Origin: Candidatus Haiyanarchaeum thermophilum | GTDB lineage: Archaea > Nanobdellota > Nanobdellia > JAPDLS01 > Haiyanarchaeaceae | NCBI GenBank assembly: GCA_025920425.1 | Contig: JAPDLS010000001.1 | Coordinates: 158,435-222,434 of the forward strand | Direction of reading: 5' to 3' | Length of the DNA: 64,000 bases | In this document: one piece after another, positions 39,332 through 49,379 of the stretch | Numbering within the stretch: the first letter of the stretch is position 1 | How the letters are laid out: each line of letters begins with the position of its first letter | Made by a program: the position numbers and the translations under genes | The notes under the pieces: generated by a model | The model's database searches: none | What the model was told of the DNA's origin: nothing | The model's input: only the letters and a program-made list of their open reading frames with translations

Positions 39332-41059
39332 ATGGAAATGAATGAAGAACTCGAGTCTTTGATCAGAAAATTCGCCCTCAAAAATGCTGTAGAGCATGAG
39401 GGAAAAGCCTTGGCAAGTGCTATACTCTCCAAACTTCTCGGAGAGAGGCCAGAATTTAGGGAAAAAATCAGGGAAGTAATGAAGATCGTAGAGAAAGTCG
39501 TGAGGGAGGTAAATTCTTTAAGCCTTGAGGAGCAGGAGAAGGAGTTAGAACGATGTGCTCCCGAATTACTTGTAATACGGAAAGTGAAAGAGGAGAAGGA
39601 ACTTCCAGAGTTGCCCCAAGCTGAGATGGGAAAAGTGGTTACTAGACTACCCCCAGAGCCTAGCGGGTATATGCATATCGGTCATGCTATGAGTGGAATA
39701 ATCAATTACCTCTACGCTAAGAAATATGAAGGAAAGATCTGGCTTAGATTTGAAGATACTGACCCTAGGAAAGTGAGAAGAGAATATTATGAGAGTTTCA
39801 TTCGTGGTTATAAATGGCTTGGCATTAAGTGGGATTTTGAAAAATATGAGTCTCAACATCTGGAGAATTATTATAAGTATGCTGAAAAACTAATCCTCAA
39901 ACATAGCGCATATGTATGTAATTGCCCTAAGGAAAAAATAAGCGAGCTAAGGAAATTAGGTAAGCCATGTGAGCATACTAAAAGAAGTGTTGAGGAAAAC
40001 CTAGAGGAATGGAATAGAATGTTCTCCACATATAGGGAGGGAGAAGCAGTTCTTAGGTTGAAAGGAGACATGGAAAGCAAGAATTATTGCATGAGAGATC
40101 CTGTGATCTTTCGAATAGTGGAGGCGGAACATCCATTAGTGGGAAAGAAGTACAGGATCTGGCCTACATATGATTTCGCTGTCTCACTTGAAGATAGTTT
40201 CTGTGGTGTGACTCATGTATTGAGAAGTGCTGAATTTGGGTCTATGAGAGTAGAACTCCAAAATTACATCAGGAATCTCTTCGGAATGAAGAATCCAATA
40301 ATTATCCAGTACTCTAGGTTCAATTTCAGAGGGACTCCGATTCAGAAGAGGAAGATTAGAGAGCTCATCAAGCAAGGTATCATTCATAGCTGGGATGACC
40401 CTAGGCTTGCTACTGTAGATGCTATAAGGAGAAGGGGAATCGTCCCTGAAGCTTTAAGAAGGTTCACCATAGAAGTTGGAATCACCCAAGCCTATCATGA
40501 ATATGAATGGGAAATGTTATATGCTGTAAATAGAAAAGTACTCGATCCTATTACCAAGCGATACTTCTTCGTACCTAATCCAATAGAGCTTGAAGTAATA
40601 AATGCTCCAAGAAAGGAAGCAATACTTCGTAACCATCCCAATCGGGAACTGGGGGTCAGAAAAATTGAGACAAGCGGCCATTTCTTTATCAGTAAAGATG
40701 ATCTAGATCTGCTGAGGAAGCAGAAGGTAGTTAGATTAAAGTATCTCTATAATATAAAAGTGGAGGAAATAAATGGGAATAAAATAACAGCCACTTTCGT
40801 AGGGGAGCAATTGAAGAGGGAAATGCTCAAAATTCAGTGGGTAACAGATGAAAATGTGCCAGCACTTGTACTCATACCTGGACCCCTCTTCATAAACCAT
40901 GAGATAAATAAAGAAAGCCTGCAGCAAGTACGCGGTCTCTGTGAGAAAGCATGTTTAGAACTTCAAGAAGGGGATATAATCCAAGCTGAGAGATTCGGTT
41001 TCCTTAGATTAGATAAGAAAGAAAATGCCTCCCTTACTTTCATTTTTACTCACAGATGA
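39332..41059 (+). CDS. gltX: Glutamyl-tRNA synthetase (archaeal type)
   Basis: ALKNA..H.GKA, PPEPSGYMHIGH, RFEDTDP, RDPV.FR, WPTYDFA, WDDPRL.T, Q.ERFGF. Confidence 0.95.
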   Translation: MEMNEELESLIRKFALKNAVEHEGKALASAILSKLLGERPEFREKIREVMKIVEKVVREVNSLSLEEQEKELERCAPELLVIRKVKEEKELPELPQAEMGKVVTRLPPEPSGYMHIGHAMSGIINYLYAKKYEGKIWLRFEDTDPRKVRREYYESFIRGYKWLGIKWDFEKYESQHLENYYKYAEKLILKHSAYVCNCPKEKISELRKLGKPCEHTKRSVEENLEEWNRMFSTYREGEAVLRLKGDMESKNYCMRDPVIFRIVEAEHPLVGKKYRIWPTYDFAVSLEDSFCGVTHVLRSAEFGSMRVELQNYIRNLFGMKNPIIIQYSRFNFRGTPIQKRKIRELIKQGIIHSWDDPRLATVDAIRRRGIVPEALRRFTIEVGITQAYHEYEWEMLYAVNRKVLDPITKRYFFVPNPIELEVINAPRKEAILRNHPNRELGVRKIETSGHFFISKDDLDLLRKQKVVRLKYLYNIKVEEINGNKITATFVGEQLKREMLKIQWVTDENVPALVLIPGPLFINHEINKESLQQVRGLCEKACLELQEGDIIQAERFGFLRLDKKENASLTFIFTHR

Positions 41060-41667
41060 CGCTCAAGGTCTTAGCTGCTTCTGACATCCATGGAGACTTA
41101 GGATTAGTAAAAAAGCTTGCCAAAAAGGCTAGGAAGGAAAAGGTAGATGTAATTATATTATGTGGTGATATCACTTTAGCTGAGACTAATTTAGAGGGAT
41201 TAGTAGGTCCGCTTAAGCAGAACTGCAAAAAGCTGATCCTTGTACCAGGCAATCATGAAAGTGTGGCAACTGCTAATTTTTTAGCTACCCTCTATTCTCC
41301 AGGTGTATACAATCTACATGGATATGCTATCCGAATAGGAGATGTTGGTTTCTTTGGAGTAGGATTAAGCAATATTGGCATTTTCCAGTTCGATGAGTCT
41401 GAGGTGGAACAGCTCTTGGAGAGCTCATTTGAGAAGATTAGGGACGCCAGGAAGAAAATAATGGTAACCCATACTCCTCCTTACGGTACAAAGCTAGATA
41501 ATTTAGGATTTTTTGTAGGAAGCATAGGAATAAGAAGGGCTGTGAAGAAACTTCAACCAGACCTCGTGCTTTGTGGCCATATTCATGAAACATTTGGGAA
41601 AGTAGATCGAATTGGAAAGAGCAGGATAATCAATGTGGGGAGGAAGGGGAAGGTCCTCAGAATTTAG
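41056..41667 (+). CDS. Calcineurin-like metallophosphoesterase
   Basis: SDIHG, CGD, PGNHE, H.PP, CGHIHE. Confidence 0.88.
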   Translation: MTLKVLAASDIHGDLGLVKKLAKKARKEKVDVIILCGDITLAETNLEGLVGPLKQNCKKLILVPGNHESVATANFLATLYSPGVYNLHGYAIRIGDVGFFGVGLSNIGIFQFDESEVEQLLESSFEKIRDARKKIMVTHTPPYGTKLDNLGFFVGSIGIRRAVKKLQPDLVLCGHIHETFGKVDRIGKSRIINVGRKGKVLRI

Positions 41668-41739
41668 ATAGGTTTTTAAGCTATTAGCTTCTTCATCATT
41701 AATACCAATGAATAATGAGTTTGAAGGAGGTGTTTTGAA

Positions 41740-42114
41740 ATGCAGGCCCCATATGTAAAGTTTAAGGTACCTAAGGAACTTGTGGAGAGAACTTATCAGT
41801 TACTAGAAATAAGTAGGAATACTGGAAAAATCAAGAAGGGTACAAATGAAACAACGAAGGCTGTGGAGAAAGGCCAAGCGAAGCTTGTGATAATAGCAGA
41901 GGATGTATCCCCTCCAGAAATCGTAATGCATTTGCCTCCACTCTGCGAGGAAAAGAACATTCCATACACTTATGTGCCAAGTAAAGCAGACCTTGGGGCA
42001 GCAGCTGGAATAGAAGTAGCAGCTGCAAGTGCTTGCATAATAGATCCAGGAGATGGAAAGGCGTTACTCGACGAATTGATAGCTAAGGTCAATGCTCTAA
42101 AAGGTAAAAAGTAA
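41740..42114 (+). CDS. rpl7ae: 50S ribosomal protein L7Ae (K-turn binding; box C/D RNP core)
   Basis: [53 protein letters not shown]. Confidence 0.97.
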   Translation: MQAPYVKFKVPKELVERTYQLLEISRNTGKIKKGTNETTKAVEKGQAKLVIIAEDVSPPEIVMHLPPLCEEKNIPYTYVPSKADLGAAAGIEVAAASACIIDPGDGKALLDELIAKVNALKGKK

Positions 42115-42402
42115 ATGGGAGGTAAAAAGAAGCAGAGAGCTAAGGAGGCTGCTGCTGAAGAACAGCTTAAGGTTAGTGATAGTTCTCTCTTAGCTGAAGC
42201 TACTCCTGCAGAAGTGGTTGAGATCATCGGAAGGACAGGAGTACGCGGGGAAGTTACCCAAGTAAGATGTAAAATCCTAGTAGGACCTGATGAAGGCAAG
42301 GTGATCAGGAGAAATGTAAAGGGGCCAGTAAGACTCAAAGATATCTTGATGTTGAAAGACACGGAGCTTGAAGCTCAACCTCTAACTGGAGGGAGGAAAT
42401 GA
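42115..42402 (+). CDS. rps28e: 30S ribosomal protein S28e (N-terminally extended)
   Basis: [23 protein letters not shown]...[20 protein letters not shown]. Confidence 0.95.
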   Translation: MGGKKKQRAKEAAAEEQLKVSDSSLLAEATPAEVVEIIGRTGVRGEVTQVRCKILVGPDEGKVIRRNVKGPVRLKDILMLKDTELEAQPLTGGRK

Positions 42403-42557
42403 AATGTTCTTTCTGTAATCAGGAGCTTAAACCAGGTACTGGTGTAATGTTCGTGAGGAATGATGGGAAGATTTTCTACTTTTGCTCCTCAAAATGTGAA
42501 AAAAATATGCTTAAACTTGGAAGGAAGGGAAGCAAGGTAAAGTGGACTAAAAAGTAA
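42399..42557 (+). CDS. rpl24e: 50S ribosomal protein L24e (absent from ORF track)
   Basis: Own translation: [56 protein letters not shown] overlap with rps28e; canonical rpl7ae-rps28e-rpl24e order. Confidence 0.96.
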   Translation: MKCSFCNQELKPGTGVMFVRNDGKIFYFCSSKCEKNMLKLGRKGSKVKWTKK

Positions 42558-42609
42558 TTTCTGCTCAGTGAGTTCAAAAAATATAAAATAGTTTCAATTT
42601 TTCTGAGAA

Positions 42610-43800
42610 ATGTTTAAGATGAGGACGTTGATGCTAGCTTGGGAATTCCCTCCGATGAAAAGCGGGGGGTTGGGGGTGGTGTGTTATCATCTCACGAAGG
42701 AACTGGGTGAGCTAGGAGTAGATATAATTTATCTTCTCCCAAAAATTCCTGAAAATCTAAGGCATGAATTTGAGAAACTAATTTCAGCCAATTATCCGAG
42801 GAATAAAGTGAAATTCTATGAGCTGGATATAAAGCTTTATCCATATCTTAGACTTGAGGACTCAGAACTTAAAGTGTATTTCTCATACACCTCTGAAAAT
42901 TTGGAGAAATACAAGAGACTAGCATGCAAAATAGCTGAATTAGAGCACTTCGATGTGATCCACTGTCATGATTGGATGACCTTTCCAGCAGGGGTAGAGC
43001 TCAAGTACAAATTCGGTAAACCCCTAGTGCTCCATGTGCACTCCACTTCCTACGACAGGTGTGGAGGAAACCTAAATAGGGAACTCTTGGACTACAAAAT
43101 AGAGAAATATGGTTTTGCACATGCTGACAAGATAATAGCCGTGAGCAGACGGATTAAGAACATAATTGTAAATTTCTATGATGTACCCCCCGAGAAGGTG
43201 GAAGTAGTATACAACGCGGCTATCTTAAGGGAGAGAATTAGGGAGCTCCACTTGGAGAAGCTTAAGAGGTATAAGATAGTACTTTTCTTGGGAAGGCTTA
43301 CCTTACATAAAGGTCCTGATTGGTTCCTCAGAGCAGCCCATAAAGTGCTACAATTTGAACCCAATGTTCTCTTCATAGTTGGAGGCTCTGGTGAGATGAT
43401 GCCCCAGCTTATCAAGCTAAGCGCTGATTTAGGAATTGGAGATAAAGTGATTTTTACTGGAGCACTTTCCGATAGAGAAGTAGATGCCCTCTATGAATTA
43501 GCAGATGTATATGTGATGCCTTCCCTCTCCGAGCCATTTGGAATTACTCCTCTTGAGGCCCTTTATCATGATAAGCCAGTAATAATTTCCAAGCAAGCTG
43601 GAGTTTCTGAGGTTCTTAGGAATGTATTTCAAGTGGATTTTTGGGACGTGGACGAAATGGTAAACAAAATAGTGGCTCTGTTGAGATATCCCAAACTTGC
43701 TGAAGAACTCGTGAGGGTGGGAAAGGAGGAAGCTAGTTACCTAAGCTGGAGGAAGAGTGCAGAACAGGTACTTGAAGTATATCGTCTCCTAACTGCTTAA
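42610..43800 (+). CDS. GT4 glycosyltransferase (glycogen synthase-like)
   Basis: WEFPP..SGGLG, HCHDWMT, GRLT.HKGP, MPS.SEPFGI.PLEA. Confidence 0.9.
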   Translation: MFKMRTLMLAWEFPPMKSGGLGVVCYHLTKELGELGVDIIYLLPKIPENLRHEFEKLISANYPRNKVKFYELDIKLYPYLRLEDSELKVYFSYTSENLEKYKRLACKIAELEHFDVIHCHDWMTFPAGVELKYKFGKPLVLHVHSTSYDRCGGNLNRELLDYKIEKYGFAHADKIIAVSRRIKNIIVNFYDVPPEKVEVVYNAAILRERIRELHLEKLKRYKIVLFLGRLTLHKGPDWFLRAAHKVLQFEPNVLFIVGGSGEMMPQLIKLSADLGIGDKVIFTGALSDREVDALYELADVYVMPSLSEPFGITPLEALYHDKPVIISKQAGVSEVLRNVFQVDFWDVDEMVNKIVALLRYPKLAEELVRVGKEEASYLSWRKSAEQVLEVYRLLTA

Positions 43801-44993
43801 TTCTCCCCCTCTATCCTCAATCTCATATCTTGAATTACGTTCATGAAAGCCACAAAAGCATCGAATGGAGTGGGAAATGCTTGATCTCTGAAGTACTTAT
43901 GAATATCTCCATCAGCATCATACTTTAGACTCATAAAATAGAGGTGATCGGCAGTAGTTAGCTTCCTCCAAGCCTCAAGCAGCTTTTCATCTTTTTTTTG
44001 TATAGAATATTGTTTTATTGATTTTTCTAAGAGATACAAAGCTCTAGCGGCTTGATTTTGAAGTGAATCTCCCAACCAAGCACTCAGATCTCTCTCTATA
44101 TCTGCCCAAGAGATCACGTTCGGAACATCAAGTTCGTCTACGGCCTCATATAATCTAGCTGCCTCACTTACTGTAGCAAAATTATTATCAGGATGTTTGA
44201 GGATCTCGGCAGGCAAGTGCCTGAAGAATTCAAATATTCCGGTTTCAGGCCAGTGATGTTCTCCAAACGTTTCGTAATCCATGAAAATGTTGACTACATA
44301 ACCATTACCATTGTGGGCACTGATCCAGCTAGCATATTTTTCAGCTGTGAGGGGGAAGCCTTCCCAGTGAGGATTAGAAAACCTAAAGGCTATATCATCC
44401 GAAAGCTTGTAATGTCTTAGTAGCAGCTTTAGATTCACTCCCTTTGCCTTGTATATGTAAGTAGGGCTCCTCCATCCTAAGATTTTTTCCGTGCCCTCAC
44501 ACAACATTACTTTAAAACCCATTTGGCTCACAAGCTTTGCTATATAATTGGAGTAAATAAGTTCTGTATTCCTGAATGCTGTGGGAACGAAATTAAAGAC
44601 TTCTTTCAGTTTTCTCACATGTTTATTCACTTGAAATTTGAACTCCTCCTCTGAAAACAGGGAAGTAAGGGAATGATAATATGTCTCTGCTAAAAGCTCA
44701 ACGTTTCCAGTATCTACTAGCTCGGCAAAAGAATTGAGAACATCTGGAAAATCGCTTTCTAGCTGTTCTATTAAAGTTCCTGAGATTGAGAATGAAACCT
44801 TTAGATTATACTTCTTTATGAGTTCGAGTAAAAGCCTGTTCATCGGCCTGTAGCATTTTCTTACCACTCTCTCTAGAATTCTGAAATTGAGCTCTCTATC
44901 AAAATACTCGTCTGTCTTCCCCACATCAAAGATTCTAAACTTCTTGAGCCTAATTGGCTGGTGCGCGTGAAAGTAAAATACTACAGATACCAT
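43797..44993 (-). CDS. GH57 alpha-amylase
   Basis: YFHAHQP, ETYYHSL, FRNTELIY (nucleophile), LSDDIAFRFS, FMDYETFGEH (acid/base), SWAD.ERDLSAWLG. Confidence 0.92.
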   Translation of the reverse strand: MVSVVFYFHAHQPIRLKKFRIFDVGKTDEYFDRELNFRILERVVRKCYRPMNRLLLELIKKYNLKVSFSISGTLIEQLESDFPDVLNSFAELVDTGNVELLAETYYHSLTSLFSEEEFKFQVNKHVRKLKEVFNFVPTAFRNTELIYSNYIAKLVSQMGFKVMLCEGTEKILGWRSPTYIYKAKGVNLKLLLRHYKLSDDIAFRFSNPHWEGFPLTAEKYASWISAHNGNGYVVNIFMDYETFGEHHWPETGIFEFFRHLPAEILKHPDNNFATVSEAARLYEAVDELDVPNVISWADIERDLSAWLGDSLQNQAARALYLLEKSIKQYSIQKKDEKLLEAWRKLTTADHLYFMSLKYDADGDIHKYFRDQAFPTPFDAFVAFMNVIQDMRLRIEGEN

Positions 44994-45044
44994 ACTTATT
45001 TGTGAACTTGAGAATTTCATTAAAAAATTTTTCGGTAAAAATAA

Positions 45045-45992
45045 ATGTGGAGAGCACTTTGCCTAGTTATGGAACTCGTATTGAAGGATGAATTCCTTAA
45101 CAGAATTAGGCTGTTAATGGGAGAAGAGATGGATGTATTTATTGAATACTGTAGGAAGCCTCTACCCACAACTATTAGGGTAAATACTATTAAGATCTCA
45201 AAAAATGAATTACTGCGTAAATTAGGTGCCCGCTATACGCTTGAACCAATTCCTTGGTATGCTGATGCTTTCATCGTGAGAGATGGTTTTTCTCTAGGTA
45301 ACACCTTAGAACACGTGCTCGGCTATTTTTATATTCAGGAAGCTGCAAGCATGATTCCTCCCCTCATCCTAGCTCCGAAGGAGAATGAGTGGGTACTTGA
45401 TCTCTGCGCCGCTCCAGGAAGCAAAGCCACGCAAATAGCCCAGCTCATGAGAAATACTGGGCTCCTTATAGCCAATGACGTAAGAATTGATAGAATCAAA
45501 CCGCTTGTAGCTAATCTCCAGCGATGTGGGGTAACCAATTGTATAGTTACAATGATGGATGGAAATCTATTTCGTGAGGTTAGACTCTCTTTCGACAAGG
45601 TTTTAGTAGATGCTCCATGTTCTTCCGAAGGAGCGATAAGAAAGGATTTCAAGATAGCTAAGATGTGGAATCCTAAGATGATTCTCAAGCTCTCGAGGCT
45701 ACAGAAGAAACTTATAGCTACTGGATTTATGAGATTGAAAGAGGGGGGTAGGTTGGTCTACTCTACATGTACCCTAGCTCCAGAGGAGAACGAGGAGGTA
45801 GTGGATTTTCTTCTCAAGAAATATGAAAATGCTGAGATTGAGAAGATAGGGCTTAAAGGACTCAAGTTCAGAGAAGGGATAGTAGAATGGAAAGGAAAGC
45901 GTTATGATGATGAGGTGAGGCATTGTATGCGGATTTATCCCCAAGATAATGATACTGAAGGCTTTTTCGTTGCTAGTATCATAAAAAAATGA
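45045..45992 (+). CDS. RsmB/NOL1/NOP2-family RNA (cytosine-5) methyltransferase
   Basis: YIQEAASM.P, DLCAAPGSK.TQ, DAPCS.EG, VYSTCT..PEENE, EGFF. Real start may be ATG 45069. Confidence 0.93.
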   Translation: MWRALCLVMELVLKDEFLNRIRLLMGEEMDVFIEYCRKPLPTTIRVNTIKISKNELLRKLGARYTLEPIPWYADAFIVRDGFSLGNTLEHVLGYFYIQEAASMIPPLILAPKENEWVLDLCAAPGSKATQIAQLMRNTGLLIANDVRIDRIKPLVANLQRCGVTNCIVTMMDGNLFREVRLSFDKVLVDAPCSSEGAIRKDFKIAKMWNPKMILKLSRLQKKLIATGFMRLKEGGRLVYSTCTLAPEENEEVVDFLLKKYENAEIEKIGLKGLKFREGIVEWKGKRYDDEVRHCMRIYPQDNDTEGFFVASIIKK

Positions 45993-46480
45993 AGGAAGTA
46001 AGAATCATGGGTCATGAAGAAGTAAGAAGGGTTCTAGAAATCATCTCCCAACGTTTCTCAATTGAACCGAAGTTAAATTATGTTTTTCTCATCGATAATC
46101 GTGGAAAAGTATTTATCTGCTCTCCCGACATAGTCAAGCTTGATCTCAAACCTCTATGGAGGCGAATTCAAAGGATAGGACTATATTTTGGTTTCTTTGA
46201 GAGCTCAACTAAGTTTAGACTCTCAGTAGAGGCCTCTCAGCTCTTAGGAAAGATTGCTAAGAAAAATGTAGTTGAGCTCACAGAGGAAGAAGCCCTAAAG
46301 TGGCTAAACGGCTTAGATTTGGAGAGGAAAATGGAAAGAGGAATAGTAATTCTCAAGTATGGAGATGATTTCTTAGGCTCAGGACTCTCCATGGGAGGTA
46401 AGATTAAAAACCTATTACCTAAGGAAAGGAGAGTAAAGAGGGAGCTTAAGTTAGGGTCTTCTGAAGAGCCTGCCCTCTAG
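45989..46480 (+). CDS. NIP7/RsmF-C-terminal-like PUA RNA-binding protein
   Basis: RIGLYFG...FRLSVE..QL......KNVVEL..EEA.KW..G.DL, IKN.LPK.RR; coupled to the m5C methyltransferase. Confidence 0.7.
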   Translation: MKEVRIMGHEEVRRVLEIISQRFSIEPKLNYVFLIDNRGKVFICSPDIVKLDLKPLWRRIQRIGLYFGFFESSTKFRLSVEASQLLGKIAKKNVVELTEEEALKWLNGLDLERKMERGIVILKYGDDFLGSGLSMGGKIKNLLPKERRVKRELKLGSSEEPAL

Positions 46481-46918
46481 CTCAATCTTCCTTCTTACTA
46501 TTTCTTCGAAAACCTTTTCTGGATTCGATAAACCCTCCAACCTGTAATCCCCTCTTGGAGTAACGATTATTATGTTGCCTACTTTAAGAATGCCAGCTAT
46601 TGGGGGAGCTTCTATTTTAACATCTTCTATCTCCTCATATGGTATCCTCTTCCATCCCAAGAAATGCTTGAGATGAATGTAAGAATTTAGGATGTAATAT
46701 TTCATCAGCTTTTTCCTCAATGAAAGTAAAATTAGGGTAATTCCAACCAGCATTACTGAGCCGTACTTCATGATAATCCCCACTTCCATGCCTATATTCC
46801 CTGCCCATAGTAGGAGATCTGAGATGACATATGCTGAAAAAGCGGTAAGGAAAATGGGCAAGAAATTCTTCTCATAGATCCATATGAGAATGGCTCTCCA
46901 ACTCGGTTGAATCTCCAT
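46451..46918 (-). CDS. Membrane protein with bacterial PH (bPH_2)-like domain
   Basis: Two TM helices then IPYEEIEDV......IL.VGNI.I.T......L.GL.NPE.V. Confidence 0.65.
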   Translation of the reverse strand: MEIQPSWRAILIWIYEKNFLPIFLTAFSAYVISDLLLWAGNIGMEVGIIMKYGSVMLVGITLILLSLRKKLMKYYILNSYIHLKHFLGWKRIPYEEIEDVKIEAPPIAGILKVGNIIIVTPRGDYRLEGLSNPEKVFEEIVRRKIELEGRLFRRP

Positions 46919-46965
46919 TCATAATGGGAAGAATTTTAATTTTATAAATTTCTCCTAGAGATGAG

Positions 46966-47038
46966 GCCCCGGTAGCTCAGGTGGAAGAGCGACTGCCTCG
47001 TAAGCAGTAGGTCGTGGGTTCAAATCCCACCCGGGGCT
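46966..47038 (+). tRNA. tRNA-Thr(CGT)
   Basis: Acceptor GCCCCGG/CCGGGGC with T discriminator, anticodon arm ACTGC-CT CGT AA-GCAGT, T-arm GTGGG-TTCAAAT-CCCAC. Confidence 0.97.
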
Positions 47039-47153
47039 TTAAACCTTTTTCCAATAGCGAAATCTTTCAAAATTGTCCGAGATTCTAGAAAGATCACCTA
47101 TCAGTATTAGCAAACGAAATTTCTAAAAAGGCGAAGTTCTCCAACTTCTTAAG

Positions 47154-47603
47154 ATGGATAAAGATGCTTCTCTGAGAGATGGGGGTTATTATGCCTTGAA
47201 AATTTTGCAAGGAAGGGGAATAGTTGGGGGAAAATGTATAGGGGAGGCTCTCGTATCCAATAAGCCAATTAGCTTTTTGGGTGATATAGATCCTACCTCT
47301 GGAAAGGTAATCGGAAAACATCTCGATATCTATGGAAAATATGTGAAGGACAAGATCTTCTGCTTTCCCCATGGGAGTGGCTCCACAGTAGGCAGTTATG
47401 TATTATATTCTCTAGCAAAGAATGGATATGCTCCCAAGGCCATAGTGAATCGGCAGGCAGATCCTGTAGTAGTGGTTGGAGCAGTCATAGCGAATATCCC
47501 TATGGTAGATCAGGTAGATATAAGTAAGCTAAGGACTGGTGATTTAATAGAGGTGGATGCTGATAGAGGATTAGTTACAATTCTAAAATCAGTAGAAAGT
47601 TAA
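47154..47603 (+). CDS. Aconitase X swivel subunit (DUF126; phosphomevalonate dehydratase small subunit-like)
   Basis: GEALVS..PISFLG.IDP.SG, FP.G.GSTVGSYVLY.L..NG.APKAI, GAVIA.IP.VD. Real start may be TTG 47196. Confidence 0.88.
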   Translation: MDKDASLRDGGYYALKILQGRGIVGGKCIGEALVSNKPISFLGDIDPTSGKVIGKHLDIYGKYVKDKIFCFPHGSGSTVGSYVLYSLAKNGYAPKAIVNRQADPVVVVGAVIANIPMVDQVDISKLRTGDLIEVDADRGLVTILKSVES

Positions 47604-48943
47604 GCTTCATAGATTAAAGATGAATTTTCGATTTCATAAATCCATACATTACTACATATTCCCTCAATTACTTTCTCATTCACGATACCTATTACCTCTG
47701 GCCTTGGCATTCTCTCATCTTCCCTAAATACCAAAAAGCTAGGATGGTGATAGCGAATTAAGTTCCCGAGTTCATCATAGTTGGAAAAAACCTTGGATTT
47801 GGTAAAAAATCCAAAGTAGGGCCAAAAGTTGCTTATGATGGTGTCATTTTCAGTGGCTCTATCAGAGATGTACACAATGGCTTCCCAAGTACTCTGCCAA
47901 CATTTTCCTTCATTCTCTAAGGCCCTTATAATTTGAAACGTTGAAAAGGCAATAAATAAACCAATAAATGGTACCGCAACTTTTCTCTGCTCTAGTGAGG
48001 AAATTCCCTGAGAGGAAAGAAGATAGAGGAATGGCAAAATCATAAGCAAGTATCTCGGATCTTTGAGGTTCATTATAAGCATGAAGATTATGGAAAGTAA
48101 CAAATAACTCAAGATACAGAAATTTTCCTCCTTGTTGAGCTGAGGAATGGACAATAGCAAGAATGGAAGCATAAAGTTCATAGCATTCATTAAATTCTCA
48201 ACTACTTTAATTTCAGGTTCCCTATAAGGTGCTGACCAACTGGAGGAGAGCACATAGTCCATATAAAAATCATAAATCGGGTTGCCATACATTATTAAAT
48301 TGTAAGTTAACCATGGTACCAGTATAATAAAACCTGCCAAGAAGGATCTCAGCTCCCTAAACTTTCTGTAAAATATGAAGTAGAGAAACATCGAGAAGCC
48401 AAAAATAGCTGCAGTAAATCTAGTGAGAAAACCTAGACAGATAGCAATTCCTGAGAGGAAGTATTTCTTCCTTCTGAATAGGTAGAAAGAAAAGAGGATG
48501 AAGAATAGGTGGGGAATATCTGTATAAACTCTAAAAGCCCAATAGAGAAAGAGATGAGATGAGGCTAATAGAAAGGTGGAGAGAATTGCATACTGTCTTC
48601 TTAGGTAAAGTTTAGCAATTAAGTAAAACATATAGAGGGAAAATAGAGAAAATGAGGCTACTAGAAGCTTTGCTATAATTATATCCTTACCTGTAATCCT
48701 CCAAACGCTCCCTATGAGAAGAGGTAAAAGAGGGGGCCTAAAGTTCTCCACATAATTTGACTCCCCAATTACTGCCTTAGCATTGCTGAGGAAGACTACT
48801 TCATCCCAAAGAAGAGGGGGATGGAACAAGGTAAATAGGAGTAAGATGATGCCAAAACCAGTTAATAGGTAAATTATACCTTTTTCCACTACTTTTAAAC
48901 TATTCTCAAACTTAATCAACTTTTTCCTGCATGTTTCAGACAA
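47600..48943 (-). CDS. GT-C fold (PMT/ArnT-like) membrane glycosyltransferase
   Basis: WDE..F, RPPLLP, YTD.P, TRF, K.PRYLL..LP; polytopic membrane protein. Confidence 0.8.
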   Translation of the reverse strand: MSETCRKKLIKFENSLKVVEKGIIYLLTGFGIILLLFTLFHPPLLWDEVVFLSNAKAVIGESNYVENFRPPLLPLLIGSVWRITGKDIIIAKLLVASFSLFSLYMFYLIAKLYLRRQYAILSTFLLASSHLFLYWAFRVYTDIPHLFFILFSFYLFRRKKYFLSGIAICLGFLTRFTAAIFGFSMFLYFIFYRKFRELRSFLAGFIILVPWLTYNLIMYGNPIYDFYMDYVLSSSWSAPYREPEIKVVENLMNAMNFMLPFLLLSIPQLNKEENFCILSYLLLSIIFMLIMNLKDPRYLLMILPFLYLLSSQGISSLEQRKVAVPFIGLFIAFSTFQIIRALENEGKCWQSTWEAIVYISDRATENDTIISNFWPYFGFFTKSKVFSNYDELGNLIRYHHPSFLVFREDERMPRPEVIGIVNEKVIEGICSNVWIYEIENSSLIYEA

Positions 48944-48976
48944 AAAATAAAAATCTAGAGCATCTTGTGGATTTAA

Positions 48977-49060
48977 GCGGGGGTACCCAAGCGGTCAAAG
49001 GGGCAGGTCTCAGAAACCTGTGGCTTAGTGCCTTCCTGGGTTCGAATCCCAGCCCCCGCA
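48977..49060 (+). tRNA. tRNA-Leu(CAG)
   Basis: Acceptor GCGGGGG/CCCCCGC-A, anticodon arm CAGGT-CT CAG AA-ACCTG, long variable arm GGC-TTAGT-GCC, T-loop TTCGAAT. Confidence 0.97.
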
Positions 49061-49108
49061 TTTCTGAGTTTCACAACTTTTTTAAAGCATGTTTTTCTTT
49101 GAATTGGA

Positions 49109-49378
49109 ATGCTGGAAGATATAATAATTGAATTGTGGGGAATTGAGGAGAAACTCAGAAAGGGAATAGACCAGCTTTCCATAGGCTTACTCCTAGATTT
49201 GAGGAGAATCAACTACAATCTGAATTCCCCCTCAAAACATAAGGTAACTTTATTACTGGAAAAACTTAGAGATGACTTTCAGAGAAGGAAATGTCGAAAC
49301 TCATTTGAAGAAGGGATACTTAGTGAGATAAATTATGCACTTGAAAAGCTAAGTTCTCCTTCACAATATATAATTTGA
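49109..49378 (+). CDS. Hypothetical protein
   Basis: 89-aa helical ORF, TTTTAAA ~25 nt upstream. Confidence 0.45.
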   Translation: MLEDIIIELWGIEEKLRKGIDQLSIGLLLDLRRINYNLNSPSKHKVTLLLEKLRDDFQRRKCRNSFEEGILSEINYALEKLSSPSQYII

Positions 49379-49379
49379 G

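Noticed and set aside
41690-41725. Hairpin upstream of rpl7ae as an autoregulatory K-turn
   Set aside because: CTTCA-TCATTA...TAATGA-GTT-TGAAG can pair but lacks tandem G-A pairs, and its 5' arm probably lies upstream of the TSS implied by the TATA at ~41673.
48931-49212. ORFs 48931-49131 (+) and 48973-49212 (-)
   Set aside because: Overlap tRNA-Leu; no protein motifs.
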